A stretch of DNA of 64,000 nucleotides, taken from Clostridiales bacterium DTU072 (GTDB lineage: Bacteria; Bacillota; Clostridia; Christensenellales; DTU072). A program made the translations under genes and the position numbers. Positions 9,727 through 17,521 of this stretch are shown piece after piece (position 1 is the stretch's first letter; each line of letters opens with the position of its first letter). The notes under the pieces were generated by a model. It was not told where the DNA came from and ran no database searches. It saw only the letters and a list, made by a program, of their open reading frames with translations. The DNA is taken from the NCBI GenBank assembly GCA_001512685.1, contig LFSG01000046.1, forward strand, positions 17,707 to 81,706, read 5' to 3'.

Positions 9727-11073
9727 CTATTTTTCGCTGAAATCATAAATATGATTTTCAAATTCTTTCCAAGCGGCGTTAAAGGTTTTGTAGAGTTCGC
9801 TTTTGCCGTCGGGCACATAGATTCTTACGCTCGACTTGGACATGGAAGTCTGCCGTATGGCGGGCGGGGTGTCCGAATAAAAAACAATTTCCGAAACGTC
9901 CGCGTACAGAGAGTATTCGCCTATCTTCAAAAGGGTGAAGGGAAGCTCGATTTCGTTAAGATTGTTGGCGGCGAAAAAGGCGTAATCGGCTATTTCGACA
10001 ATGCCTTCGTTGACGCGGAAAAATACTTCGGTTTTGGCGGGGGCGTATGCGATCAGGGTGTCTCCGGCTTTGTTGTAGAGATTGCCCACTATGTCTTGAT
10101 AATTGGCGTTGTTGTCGTCCACGTCGATATTGAACAAGGACACGCAATTTTCAAAAATCGCCTTGCCCAATTTGGTTACCGTGGATGAAATAAAAATTTC
10201 CTCCAAGCCGCTGTCGTAAAAAGCGCCCTCCTTTATTTCAATCAAGCCGTTTTGAGTTACCAATTTTTTCAGTTTTACCGAAGCGAAGGCATATTCGCTT
10301 ATCACGGTTATATTTTGGGGCAAAGTATATTCTTCTTGGGGCTCTTTGCTTGCGGGGTGGCAAAAAAGCGTTTTGCCATCGTCGGCGTAAAGCAGACCGT
10401 CTTCGTCGGCAGTAAAGACGGCGTTTTGAGCGTCCACCTCAAATTTTTCAATAGATGAAGAGGCAAAAGCCATTTTGTTTATTTTTTTCAATTGGGCGGG
10501 CAAAACCACCGTCTTTAGCGCGTGCGCTTTGTAAAAAGCCTTTTCGTCGATGGTTTCCACGCTTTGGGGCAGGGCAAAGGTGTCTTGGTATTTTCCTATG
10601 GCGTAATAAAGCAAAACCTTGCCTTCTTTGTCGTAAAGGTTGCCGTCAACGCTCTTGAATTTGACGTTGTCTTTGTCCACCGTTATTTCCGTCAAGGCAA
10701 AGCATTCGGTAAAAACATTCTCTCCGATAGTGTTTACGCTTTTTGAAATAAACACCTTGAGCAGGCCGTAGCACCGATGAAAGGCGTTGTCGGAAATAAT
10801 CTTTATGCTTTCGCTTAAGGTTACCTCGCTTACGTTGCTACCTGAAAAAGCGTATTCGGCGATGGAAGTTACGGGTAAGCCGTTATATTCGGAGGGCAAA
10901 GTTATTTTTGAGTATGTTCCGTCATAGCTCGTTATGGCGTATTCGTTCCCCCTTCTGGAAAAAGAATAGTCGCTTAAGGCGTCGTCGCCGTCTTTGTCGT
11001 TTTGGCAGGCGGCGAATATAAACAGCAGAAGGGCAAGCAGTATTAATATCGGTAAAAGCTTTTTTACGGACAT
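9727..11073 (-). CDS. BspA-type leucine-rich-repeat lipoprotein
   Basis: Signal peptide plus lipobox (LLLFIFAAC). There are repeated units of the form …AF..C..L..I.I..SV..IG..AF…. I prefer the ATG at 11073 (GGGAGA upstream) over the track's TTG at 11085. Confidence 0.85.
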   Translation of the reverse strand: MSVKKLLPILILLALLLFIFAACQNDKDGDDALSDYSFSRRGNEYAITSYDGTYSKITLPSEYNGLPVTSIAEYAFSGSNVSEVTLSESIKIISDNAFHRCYGLLKVFISKSVNTIGENVFTECFALTEITVDKDNVKFKSVDGNLYDKEGKVLLYYAIGKYQDTFALPQSVETIDEKAFYKAHALKTVVLPAQLKKINKMAFASSSIEKFEVDAQNAVFTADEDGLLYADDGKTLFCHPASKEPQEEYTLPQNITVISEYAFASVKLKKLVTQNGLIEIKEGAFYDSGLEEIFISSTVTKLGKAIFENCVSLFNIDVDDNNANYQDIVGNLYNKAGDTLIAYAPAKTEVFFRVNEGIVEIADYAFFAANNLNEIELPFTLLKIGEYSLYADVSEIVFYSDTPPAIRQTSMSKSSVRIYVPDGKSELYKTFNAAWKEFENHIYDFSEK

Positions 11074-11168
11074 TTTTTCTCCCAAAGTTTATTTTGTGTA
11101 ATTATTTTAATTTATCTATCTTTATAAGTCAAATACGGGCAAGGGCTGAAAGGCAAAATTTGACCATT

Positions 11169-11204
11169 AAAAAACCGATTGTCAACGGGCTGACAATCGG
11201 TTTT
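11169..11204 (-). terminator. Intrinsic terminator after rpsR (bidirectional hairpin)
   Basis: A 10-bp stem CCGATTGTCA / TGACAATCGG (11175-11184 / 11191-11200) is flanked by an A-run on one side and a T-run on the other. Confidence 0.65.
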
Positions 11205-11225
11205 GGCTTGCGATAAAAGGGTTGA

Positions 11226-11516
11226 TTATTCGCCTTTGAAGGGCAAAAGCGCCATTATGCGGGCTCTTTTTATGGCTTGGGACAAAGAGCGCTGATGCTT
11301 GACGCAAACGCCGCTGGTCCTTCTGGGGATAATCTTGCCGTTTTCGGCGATGTATCTGGTTTTTCTTTCGCCGTTTTTGTCGGTATTTTTTTCGTTTTTT
11401 TCGATTTCCTTGACCAATGCGATATAATCGATTTCGTCCACTTTATTTACGCAAAAAGAACATACTTTCCGTCTGGGCATGCGCCTGAATCCGCGATTTT
11501 CTTTATTATCTTTCAT
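11226..11516 (-). CDS. rpsR: 30S ribosomal protein S18, with a ~15-aa internal insertion
   Basis: RRKVCSFC … [34 protein letters not shown]. The gene position after ssb also fits. Confidence 0.9.
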   Translation of the reverse strand: MKDNKENRGFRRMPRRKVCSFCVNKVDEIDYIALVKEIEKNEKNTDKNGERKTRYIAENGKIIPRRTSGVCVKHQRSLSQAIKRARIMALLPFKGE

Positions 11517-11540
11517 AGCTCACTCCTTATAAATTTTTTC

Positions 11541-11963
11541 TTAAAAGGGAAGATCTTCGTCTTCCAAGGGCTTGAGATCGGATAATTTGTCTTTTTTGGC
11601 GTTGGCCTCCGTTACTTCGGGAAGTTCCTCGGCGTTATCCCAATCTCCGCGAGAACTTAAAAACTGCACTTCGTCGGCGTTGATTTCGGTAACATACCTT
11701 CTTGTGCCGTCGCTGGCTTCATAGCTTCTTGTTTGAATGGAACCGCAAATCCCCACCTTGCTTCCTTTTTTGAGGTACCTGCCGCAATTTTCCGCTTGGC
11801 CCCGCCAGCATACCACGGGCAGAAAATCGGTTTCCCTGGTTCCGTCCGCGTTGGCGAAGCGCCTTGTTACGGCTACGGTAAACTTGCACACGCTTATATT
11901 GTTTGCGGTGGTGTTAAGCTCGGGGTCTCTGGTTAAATTTCCTATCAAAAAAACCTTATTCAT
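11541..11963 (-). CDS. ssb: Single-stranded DNA-binding protein
   Basis: MNKVFLIGNLTRDPEL… OB fold, with the acidic C-terminal tip DEDLPF. Confidence 0.95.
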   Translation of the reverse strand: MNKVFLIGNLTRDPELNTTANNISVCKFTVAVTRRFANADGTRETDFLPVVCWRGQAENCGRYLKKGSKVGICGSIQTRSYEASDGTRRYVTEINADEVQFLSSRGDWDNAEELPEVTEANAKKDKLSDLKPLEDEDLPF

Positions 11964-11973
11964 AATTTTCTCC

Positions 11974-12255
11974 TTATGCCTTTGTAATCATTTGACGCAC
12001 TATGTTTTCGTTAATTCTCATTTGTCTGTCCACTTCGGCGGGAACGTCGGCGGGCGCTGAGAACTTAATCAAAACATAGTAGCCTTCTTTTTTATAATTG
12101 ATGGAATAGGCGAACTTCTTCACGCCCCACTTGTCAATGGCGGAAACCTCTCCTCCCATATCCGCGATAAGCTGAGAAAACTTGTCCACAAGCTCGCTTC
12201 TGACTTCCTCAGTCGTATCGATGTCAATTATAAACAATAGCTGATACTTGTTCAT
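11974..12255 (-). CDS. rpsF: 30S ribosomal protein S6
   Basis: MNKYQLLFII… …KWGVKKFAYSINYKKEGYY…, in the conserved rpsF-ssb-rpsR order. Confidence 0.9.
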   Translation of the reverse strand: MNKYQLLFIIDIDTTEEVRSELVDKFSQLIADMGGEVSAIDKWGVKKFAYSINYKKEGYYVLIKFSAPADVPAEVDRQMRINENIVRQMITKA

Positions 12256-12338
12256 TGATACCTCCTTATGGTCGAATTTTTTCGGCTCTTATAAAAAGAG
12301 CAAGGATTTATAGCATATTATATCTATAAAGTTAGATA

Positions 12339-12367
12339 ATTATAAGATATTTTATCAGGGTTGTAAA
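12339..12367 (-). promoter_or_regulatory. Predicted sigma-A-type promoter of rpsF-ssb-rpsR
   Basis: The reverse strand reads TTTACA, a 17-nt spacer, then TATAAT (rc of 12362-12367 and 12339-12344). A leader follows containing the hairpin GCTCTT…AAGAGC. Confidence 0.45.
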
Positions 12368-12419
12368 GCGATTTTAAGGGGGAGGGGATTTTTGGAGAGA
12401 AAATACAATAGGAATATAT

Positions 12420-12590
12420 TTAAAGGCATAATAAATCCAATATTTTCCGCATTTTATCGGTTAGAACCTTTCCCTTTAATTCGCATTCCCATATTCTTAT
12501 TACCATTCAGCCCTTTTCTTCAATAGTTTTTGTGACTATTTTGTCTCTTTCTTTATTGTTTTCTATTTTTTTACTCCAACATGTTTCAAT
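12420..12590 (-). pseudogene. vsr: Remnant of a very-short-patch-repair endonuclease (Vsr), C-terminal part only
   Basis: Reverse-strand translation gives …TCWSKKIENNKERDKIVTKTIEEKG*MVIRIWECELKGKVLTDKMRKILDLLCL*. This matches the Vsr C-terminal pattern FW..KI..N..RD…L…GW.V..VWEC.L.G..LTD. The conserved Trp codon is replaced by in-frame TGA, and the catalytic N-terminal half is absent. Confidence 0.6.
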
Positions 12591-12903
12591 ATGAGATAAG
12601 GAAAATCTATTTGGTTAAAGCTCATTTAGTCCTCCTTAAAATTAACTTGTAATTTTTGAAAAAGCGTTTGAGGACGATTCTAATACAATATGCCCTAACG
12701 ATTGAAAATATTTAACGGCGATTAAAAGCTTATGGCGTGCGTTTATATCTTATATCAATATATTGATGTATTTTGCGCCAATAAGAGTGACGAAATTTTT
12801 GGCGCCCTCAAAATATAAAACGGATATCTTACGGCATTATAGAGCTCTCAAAGAGCGGTGGGAGCAATATTATTTTACGGGTTAATTTTTTTAGCCGTTA
12901 TAT

Positions 12904-12932
12904 TTGCTTATTTTCAAGTATTAGTATATAAT
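12904..12932 (+). promoter_or_regulatory. Predicted promoter for tRNA-Arg
   Basis: TTGCTT (12904-12909), a 17-nt spacer, then TATAAT (12927-12932), about 20 nt upstream of the tRNA. Confidence 0.45.
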
Positions 12933-12952
12933 AGCAAATATAAAACTTTTGT

Positions 12953-13029
12953 GTTCCTGTAGCTCAGCCGGATAGAGCACCGCCCTCCTAAGGCGGGTGT
13001 CGGACGTTCGAATCGTCTCAGGAACGCCA
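12953..13029 (+). tRNA. tRNA-Arg (anticodon CCT), CCA encoded
   Basis: A cloverleaf can be drawn by hand: acceptor GTTCCTG/CAGGAAC, D arm GCTC…GAGC, anticodon stem CCGCC/GGCGG with loop CTCCTAA, T arm GGACG-TTCGAAT-CGTCT, and a 3' GCCA. Confidence 0.9.
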
Positions 13030-13052
13030 AAAGAAAAAACACCTTTAACTAT

Positions 13053-13095
13053 ATGCGCCTCATAAGCCGAACGCTTTTGGAGGGGCATTTTTTTA
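13053..13095 (+). terminator. Probable intrinsic terminator after the tRNA
   Basis: The stem ATGCGCCTC / GAGGGGCAT has one mismatch, with an inner AAGC/GCTT stem, and is followed by TTTTTTT. Confidence 0.45.
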
Positions 13096-13145
13096 TGGGA
13101 AAAGGGGAGGGAAAATGTAAAGTATGGCGGGGTTTATTTTAGTGT

Positions 13146-13694
13146 TTATTTTTCGCTGCTTTGTTTGGACGCTTGCTCGGGCATAAAGATGAGGAATTTT
13201 CTCAAGGTGAAGACCACCAGATAGCTTATGCATATTCGAACTATGAAAGCAAAGGTGTAGGACAAAATTTTGGACAGCGCCAAGGCCAGCAGCACATTGA
13301 AGCCGTAAGCGAAAACCTCCACGCTTATGTATATCAATATTCCTTTGAGGGTTTTGCCTTTTTTATTGTGCTTGTAGACAAAAAACACCGAGAACAGATA
13401 ACTTGCCACAAAACCCATAAAATAGCCTACCGCCGTGCCCGCGGCGCTGATAGAGGATTTTACGGCGTCTTTTTCAATGAAAAAGGTGTCAAAAAAGGAG
13501 TGCCCCATATTTTTAAGCGCGAATAAATAAATAATAAGCGCGCTGAACAGGTAATCCAAAGCCACGGGAACAATGCCTATAAGAAGACTGCGTAAAAATT
13601 CTTGAAAGGTTTCTTTGAGCAAAACCTTCTTTTCGCCGTTATCGTTGTTGTCGCCGCCATCTTTGGCGAGGCTGGCTTTTGTTTGTTCCGCCAT
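13146..13694 (-). CDS. GtrA-like small membrane protein (182 aa)
   Basis: Four hydrophobic helices and a C-terminal …RKFLIF motif reminiscent of the GtrA family. I prefer the ATG at 13694 (GGAGG 4 nt upstream) over the track start at 13775. Confidence 0.5.
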   Translation of the reverse strand: MAEQTKASLAKDGGDNNDNGEKKVLLKETFQEFLRSLLIGIVPVALDYLFSALIIYLFALKNMGHSFFDTFFIEKDAVKSSISAAGTAVGYFMGFVASYLFSVFFVYKHNKKGKTLKGILIYISVEVFAYGFNVLLALALSKILSYTFAFIVRICISYLVVFTLRKFLIFMPEQASKQSSEK

Positions 13695-13854
13695 TTTTCC
13701 TCCGCAATCAAAAAGAGTTTTTATTATAACATAAACAAGCAGCTTTTGGCAAAAATTTTTCGCGCGCTTGCCCAATTAATCGCCTTACCTTTTCTTTTAT
13801 TTATTCATATATTGTTATAAAGAAAAATAATTCTTTCGCGAAGGAGAAAATGTT

Positions 13855-14103
13855 ATGACAAAGGATAAATTAATCGCTCTGAACAAATTGTCCTTGGGAC
13901 AATCGGGAAAAGTGCATTCGCTTTCGGCCATCGGCCAGCAAAGGCGGAGAATGCTGGATTTGGGCTTAGTCAGCGGCACGGTGGTAAAGGCGCTGCAAAT
14001 AAGCCCGTCGGGAGATCCTACCGCATATATGATAAGGGGCGCGGTAATCGCGCTGAGATCAGAGGAGGCGTCGAAAATTATGATACTGGCCTTGGAGGGA
14101 TAA
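13855..14103 (+). CDS. feoA: Ferrous iron transport protein A
   Basis: SH3-like FeoA pattern (GQSGKVHSLSA…RRRMLDLGLVSGTVVKAL). AAGGAG RBS. The TAATG junction overlaps the feoB start. Confidence 0.85.
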   Translation: MTKDKLIALNKLSLGQSGKVHSLSAIGQQRRRMLDLGLVSGTVVKALQISPSGDPTAYMIRGAVIALRSEEASKIMILALEG

Positions 14104-16253
14104 TGGGGCTTACAAAAAAGAATATCGGCATAAGCGTTTTGGGCGACGGTTTTAAAATTGACAAAATCGAGGACAGCGATAAAATAATAGCTTTGGGCGG
14201 CAACCCCAATGTGGGCAAAAGCACGGTGTTCAACAGCCTTACGGGCTTAAAACAACATACAGGCAATTGGCCGGGCAAAACCGTCGCCAACGCGCGGGGG
14301 GAGTATAAATATAAAGACAACCGCTTTATCGTGGTGGATCTTCCCGGAGCCTATTCCCTTATGTCAAGCTCATTGGAAGAGGAAATAGCAAGAGATTTCA
14401 TTTGTTTTGCCCGTCCCGACGCCACGGTGATTGTGGCCGACGCCACTTGTTTGGAAAGGAACTTGAATTTTATTCTGCAAACCATGGAAATAACGGATAA
14501 AGTAATAGTATGCGTAAACTTAATAGACGAGGCAAAACGGAAAAAAATAAACATCGATACGGCCAAGCTGTCCCAAATATTGAAAATTCCCGTCATAGCC
14601 ACCGTGGCGCGCAAAAAACGGGGGCTGAACAATTTGCCGCAAACGGTATATGATGTGTGCAACAATCAAATACATAACACTCCTTATCAAGTTCGATATG
14701 ACCAAGCGTTGGAGGGGGCGCTGGAAAAGCTGCTTCCCGCCGTCAAAGAAACCGCTTTGAATAAGCTGAATTCCAGATGGATTGCGCTTAAACTGCTTGA
14801 AAATGACGAAAAGCTGATAAAATCGTTAAATACATATTTGGGCGTAGATATAGCCAACAACAAAAAATTACAACAAGCTGTCAATCAAGCGCTTGATTAT
14901 CTTGAATCTCAAGGCGTGGGAAGGGAAAACATACGCGATAAAATAGTGGCCGGGCTTTTTGCCGCCGCCGAAGAAATTTACGCTCAAACTGTCCAAACCA
15001 AAAATAAAGAATATAACTTGATGGACAGAAAAATAGATAAAATACTGACCTCCAAAAAATTCGGCATCCCAGTAATGCTGGCGCTTTTGGGTTTTATTTT
15101 ATGGCTGACCATAGCGGGCGCCAATTTCCCCTCCAATATGCTGTCCCGCTTTTTTGCTTTTTTGGAAACAAAATTACTCTATTTGTTTGAATTGATGAAT
15201 TCGCCCGATTGGGTAACCGGAATTGTGGTGTTGGGAGTATACAGGACGCTTTCTTGGGTGGTTTCGGTGATGCTGCCGCCCATGGCGATTTTCTTTCCGT
15301 TGTTCACCCTTTTGGAAGATTTGGGATATTTGCCCAGAGTGGCCTTTAATTTAGATAATTTCTTCAAAAAATCCAAAGCGCACGGCAAGCAGGCGCTCAC
15401 CATGTGCATGGGCTTCGGCTGTAACGCCGCTGGAGTCATCGGGTGCAGAATAATTGAATCTCCCAGAGAAAGGCTTATAGCCATACTCACCAATAATTTC
15501 GTTCCCTGCAACGGCAGATTTCCCATATTGACGGCGGTTATTTCCATGTTTTTTGCCGGTGTGTTTGTTCCCGCCCTGCAATCGCTTATATCGGCGCTTA
15601 TTTTGACGGCGGTAATTCTGCTGGGCGTTTTTATGACGCTGCTGGTGTCTCGGCTGCTGTCCGCAACCGTTCTTAAAGGCATGCCGTCTAATTTTACCTT
15701 GGAGCTGCCCCCGTATCGCAAGCCGCAAATAGGGCGCATTATCGTGAGGTCGATATTTGACCGCACGCTGTTTGTTTTGGGAAGGGCGGTGGCGGTGGCT
15801 ATCCCCGCGGGCATGGTAATTTGGCTTATGGCCAATATCAATGTGGACGGCATAAGCTTGCTCAAGCATTGCGCCGATTTTTTGCAGCCTTTCGCGTACT
15901 GGCTGGGAATGGACGGATATATACTTATGGCGTTTGTTTTGGGGTTTCCCGCCAACGAAATAGTAATACCCATTATCATCATGAGCTACCTTTCCGCGGG
16001 AACCTTGACCGAGGCGGCGGGGCTTGAGCAATTAAGGGCGCTGCTGGTGTCCAACGGCTGGACTTGGATAACCGCGGTGTGCGTAATGCTGTTTACTTTG
16101 ATGCATTGGCCTTGCGGCACCACATGCTTAACCGTCAAAAAAGAAACGCAAAGCGCCAAATGGACATTGGCGGCCTTTCTTATCCCCACTGTTACGGGTA
16201 TGCTTTGCTGTTTTGTTTTCGCAAATGTGGCAAGATTGTTTACGGCGATTTGA
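14103..16253 (+). CDS. feoB: Ferrous iron transporter B
   Basis: N-terminal G-domain (GNPNVGKSTVFNSLTG, DLPG) followed by a large polytopic permease domain. Confidence 0.95.
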   Translation: MGLTKKNIGISVLGDGFKIDKIEDSDKIIALGGNPNVGKSTVFNSLTGLKQHTGNWPGKTVANARGEYKYKDNRFIVVDLPGAYSLMSSSLEEEIARDFICFARPDATVIVADATCLERNLNFILQTMEITDKVIVCVNLIDEAKRKKINIDTAKLSQILKIPVIATVARKKRGLNNLPQTVYDVCNNQIHNTPYQVRYDQALEGALEKLLPAVKETALNKLNSRWIALKLLENDEKLIKSLNTYLGVDIANNKKLQQAVNQALDYLESQGVGRENIRDKIVAGLFAAAEEIYAQTVQTKNKEYNLMDRKIDKILTSKKFGIPVMLALLGFILWLTIAGANFPSNMLSRFFAFLETKLLYLFELMNSPDWVTGIVVLGVYRTLSWVVSVMLPPMAIFFPLFTLLEDLGYLPRVAFNLDNFFKKSKAHGKQALTMCMGFGCNAAGVIGCRIIESPRERLIAILTNNFVPCNGRFPILTAVISMFFAGVFVPALQSLISALILTAVILLGVFMTLLVSRLLSATVLKGMPSNFTLELPPYRKPQIGRIIVRSIFDRTLFVLGRAVAVAIPAGMVIWLMANINVDGISLLKHCADFLQPFAYWLGMDGYILMAFVLGFPANEIVIPIIIMSYLSAGTLTEAAGLEQLRALLVSNGWTWITAVCVMLFTLMHWPCGTTCLTVKKETQSAKWTLAAFLIPTVTGMLCCFVFANVARLFTAI

Positions 16254-16415
16254 GAATTTTTTCTTTTACATTTTTTATTGTTTTCGGACAAAACAGCGTA
16301 TAAAATTTTTGCGCCGCCGTCATAAAATGCTTTTTTTGCCGCCGCCAAAGAGTTATAATTAATATGAAAAGGGCAGAGATTGTTTTGACAGCGATATTAA
16401 ATGACGGAGACGATT

Positions 16416-16673
16416 ATGAAAATTGTTGTTTACGGCGCCGCGGGGTGCGCCGATTGCGCCGCTCTGCACTCAAGGGTTAAAGCCGTTATTGAAAAGAACG
16501 GCATAAAAGCCGAGCTTATCTACAATACCGATTTTGAGGACGCTTTGCAAAAAGAAATTATACAAATGCCCGCGCTTGAAATTGACGGCAAGCTTATTTT
16601 CGCGGGAAAAATTCCCAAAGAAAAACAAATCTTGAGAATACTGGAGCAAAATGATAACCATATACGGGCATAA
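16416..16673 (+). CDS. Small thioredoxin-fold protein (MTH895/redox-active disulfide protein 2-like)
   Basis: KIVVYGAAGCADC active-site CxxC near the N-terminus, ~85 aa. I prefer the ATG at 16416 (GGAG upstream) over 16401. Confidence 0.7.
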   Translation: MKIVVYGAAGCADCAALHSRVKAVIEKNGIKAELIYNTDFEDALQKEIIQMPALEIDGKLIFAGKIPKEKQILRILEQNDNHIRA

Positions 16674-16813
16674 AAATTCAAATGCGGTCAATAATTACGC
16701 GCAAAGCTTTGTTTTGTTTTTATTATAAATTCTTCCGCAAATTCTTGACAAAACATTGCGGGCGGCGTAATTTATGGTTTAGAAGCGAATAATTTTTTCA
16801 AAAGGCGTGAGAA

Positions 16814-17521
16814 ATGGAAGGATTGCTTCAAAAAATGGGAGACATAATTGCCCAAAACTTTTTGTTGGGCGCTTTGATAGCTTTCGGGGCGGGTTTTTTG
16901 ACCGTCTTTACGCCCTGTTCGCTTACCAGCATACCTCTGATTGTGAATTATATGAGCGGAAAAGAAAAAACGGCAAAAAAAGCCGCCGCGTATTCTATTT
17001 TTATATGCTTGGGACAGGCCATAGTTTTTGTGGCGCTGGGCATGGTTGCCGCTTCTTTGGGAAGGCTTATCCACAATACCGGCTTTGATAAGGCGTGGCA
17101 TATCATTTTGGCTTTGCTTACTTTATGGATGGCGCTGGAAATGTTGGGCGTAACCAATGTGCTGCATCGAAAAACCCTTCCTATCAATAAGTCCGCAAAA
17201 AAAGGAATACTCGGAGCGTTGGGCGTGGGCATGCTGACCGCGGTTTTCGCTTCCCCTTGCTCGGTTCCCGTTTTTACCGCCATGCTGGCTCTGGTCGCCG
17301 CCTCGCATATGAAGATAATATCGGGCGTCATACTCTTGCTGAGTTATTCTTTGGGGCACAGCATACCTCTTGTGGCGGCGGGCAGCTCCATCAGTTTCGC
17401 GCAGTCTTTAAGCCAATCCCCAAAGTTCGCTCGAATCGGCAAAGCGGTTAAGATAATTTTCGGAATTTTGTTGCTGGCTTTATCGGCCTTCCTTGTAATC
17501 AGCGCTTTTCATGCTCATTGA
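16814..17521 (+). CDS. ccdA: CcdA/DsbD-family transmembrane thiol-disulfide electron transporter
   Basis: Conserved TPC (…VFTPCSL…) and …SPCSVP… motifs in a six-helix membrane protein. Confidence 0.8.
   Translation: MEGLLQKMGDIIAQNFLLGALIAFGAGFLTVFTPCSLTSIPLIVNYMSGKEKTAKKAAAYSIFICLGQAIVFVALGMVAASLGRLIHNTGFDKAWHIILALLTLWMALEMLGVTNVLHRKTLPINKSAKKGILGALGVGMLTAVFASPCSVPVFTAMLALVAASHMKIISGVILLLSYSLGHSIPLVAAGSSISFAQSLSQSPKFARIGKAVKIIFGILLLALSAFLVISAFHAH

Noticed and set aside
12498-12500. In-frame TGA at the conserved Trp of the vsr remnant as evidence for TGA=Trp recoding
   Set aside because: TGA clearly terminates well-supported genes in this window, such as feoB at 16251-16253 and GH20 at 62258-62260. 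The vsr fragment also lacks its N-terminal half and has another in-frame stop, so it is a pseudogene.
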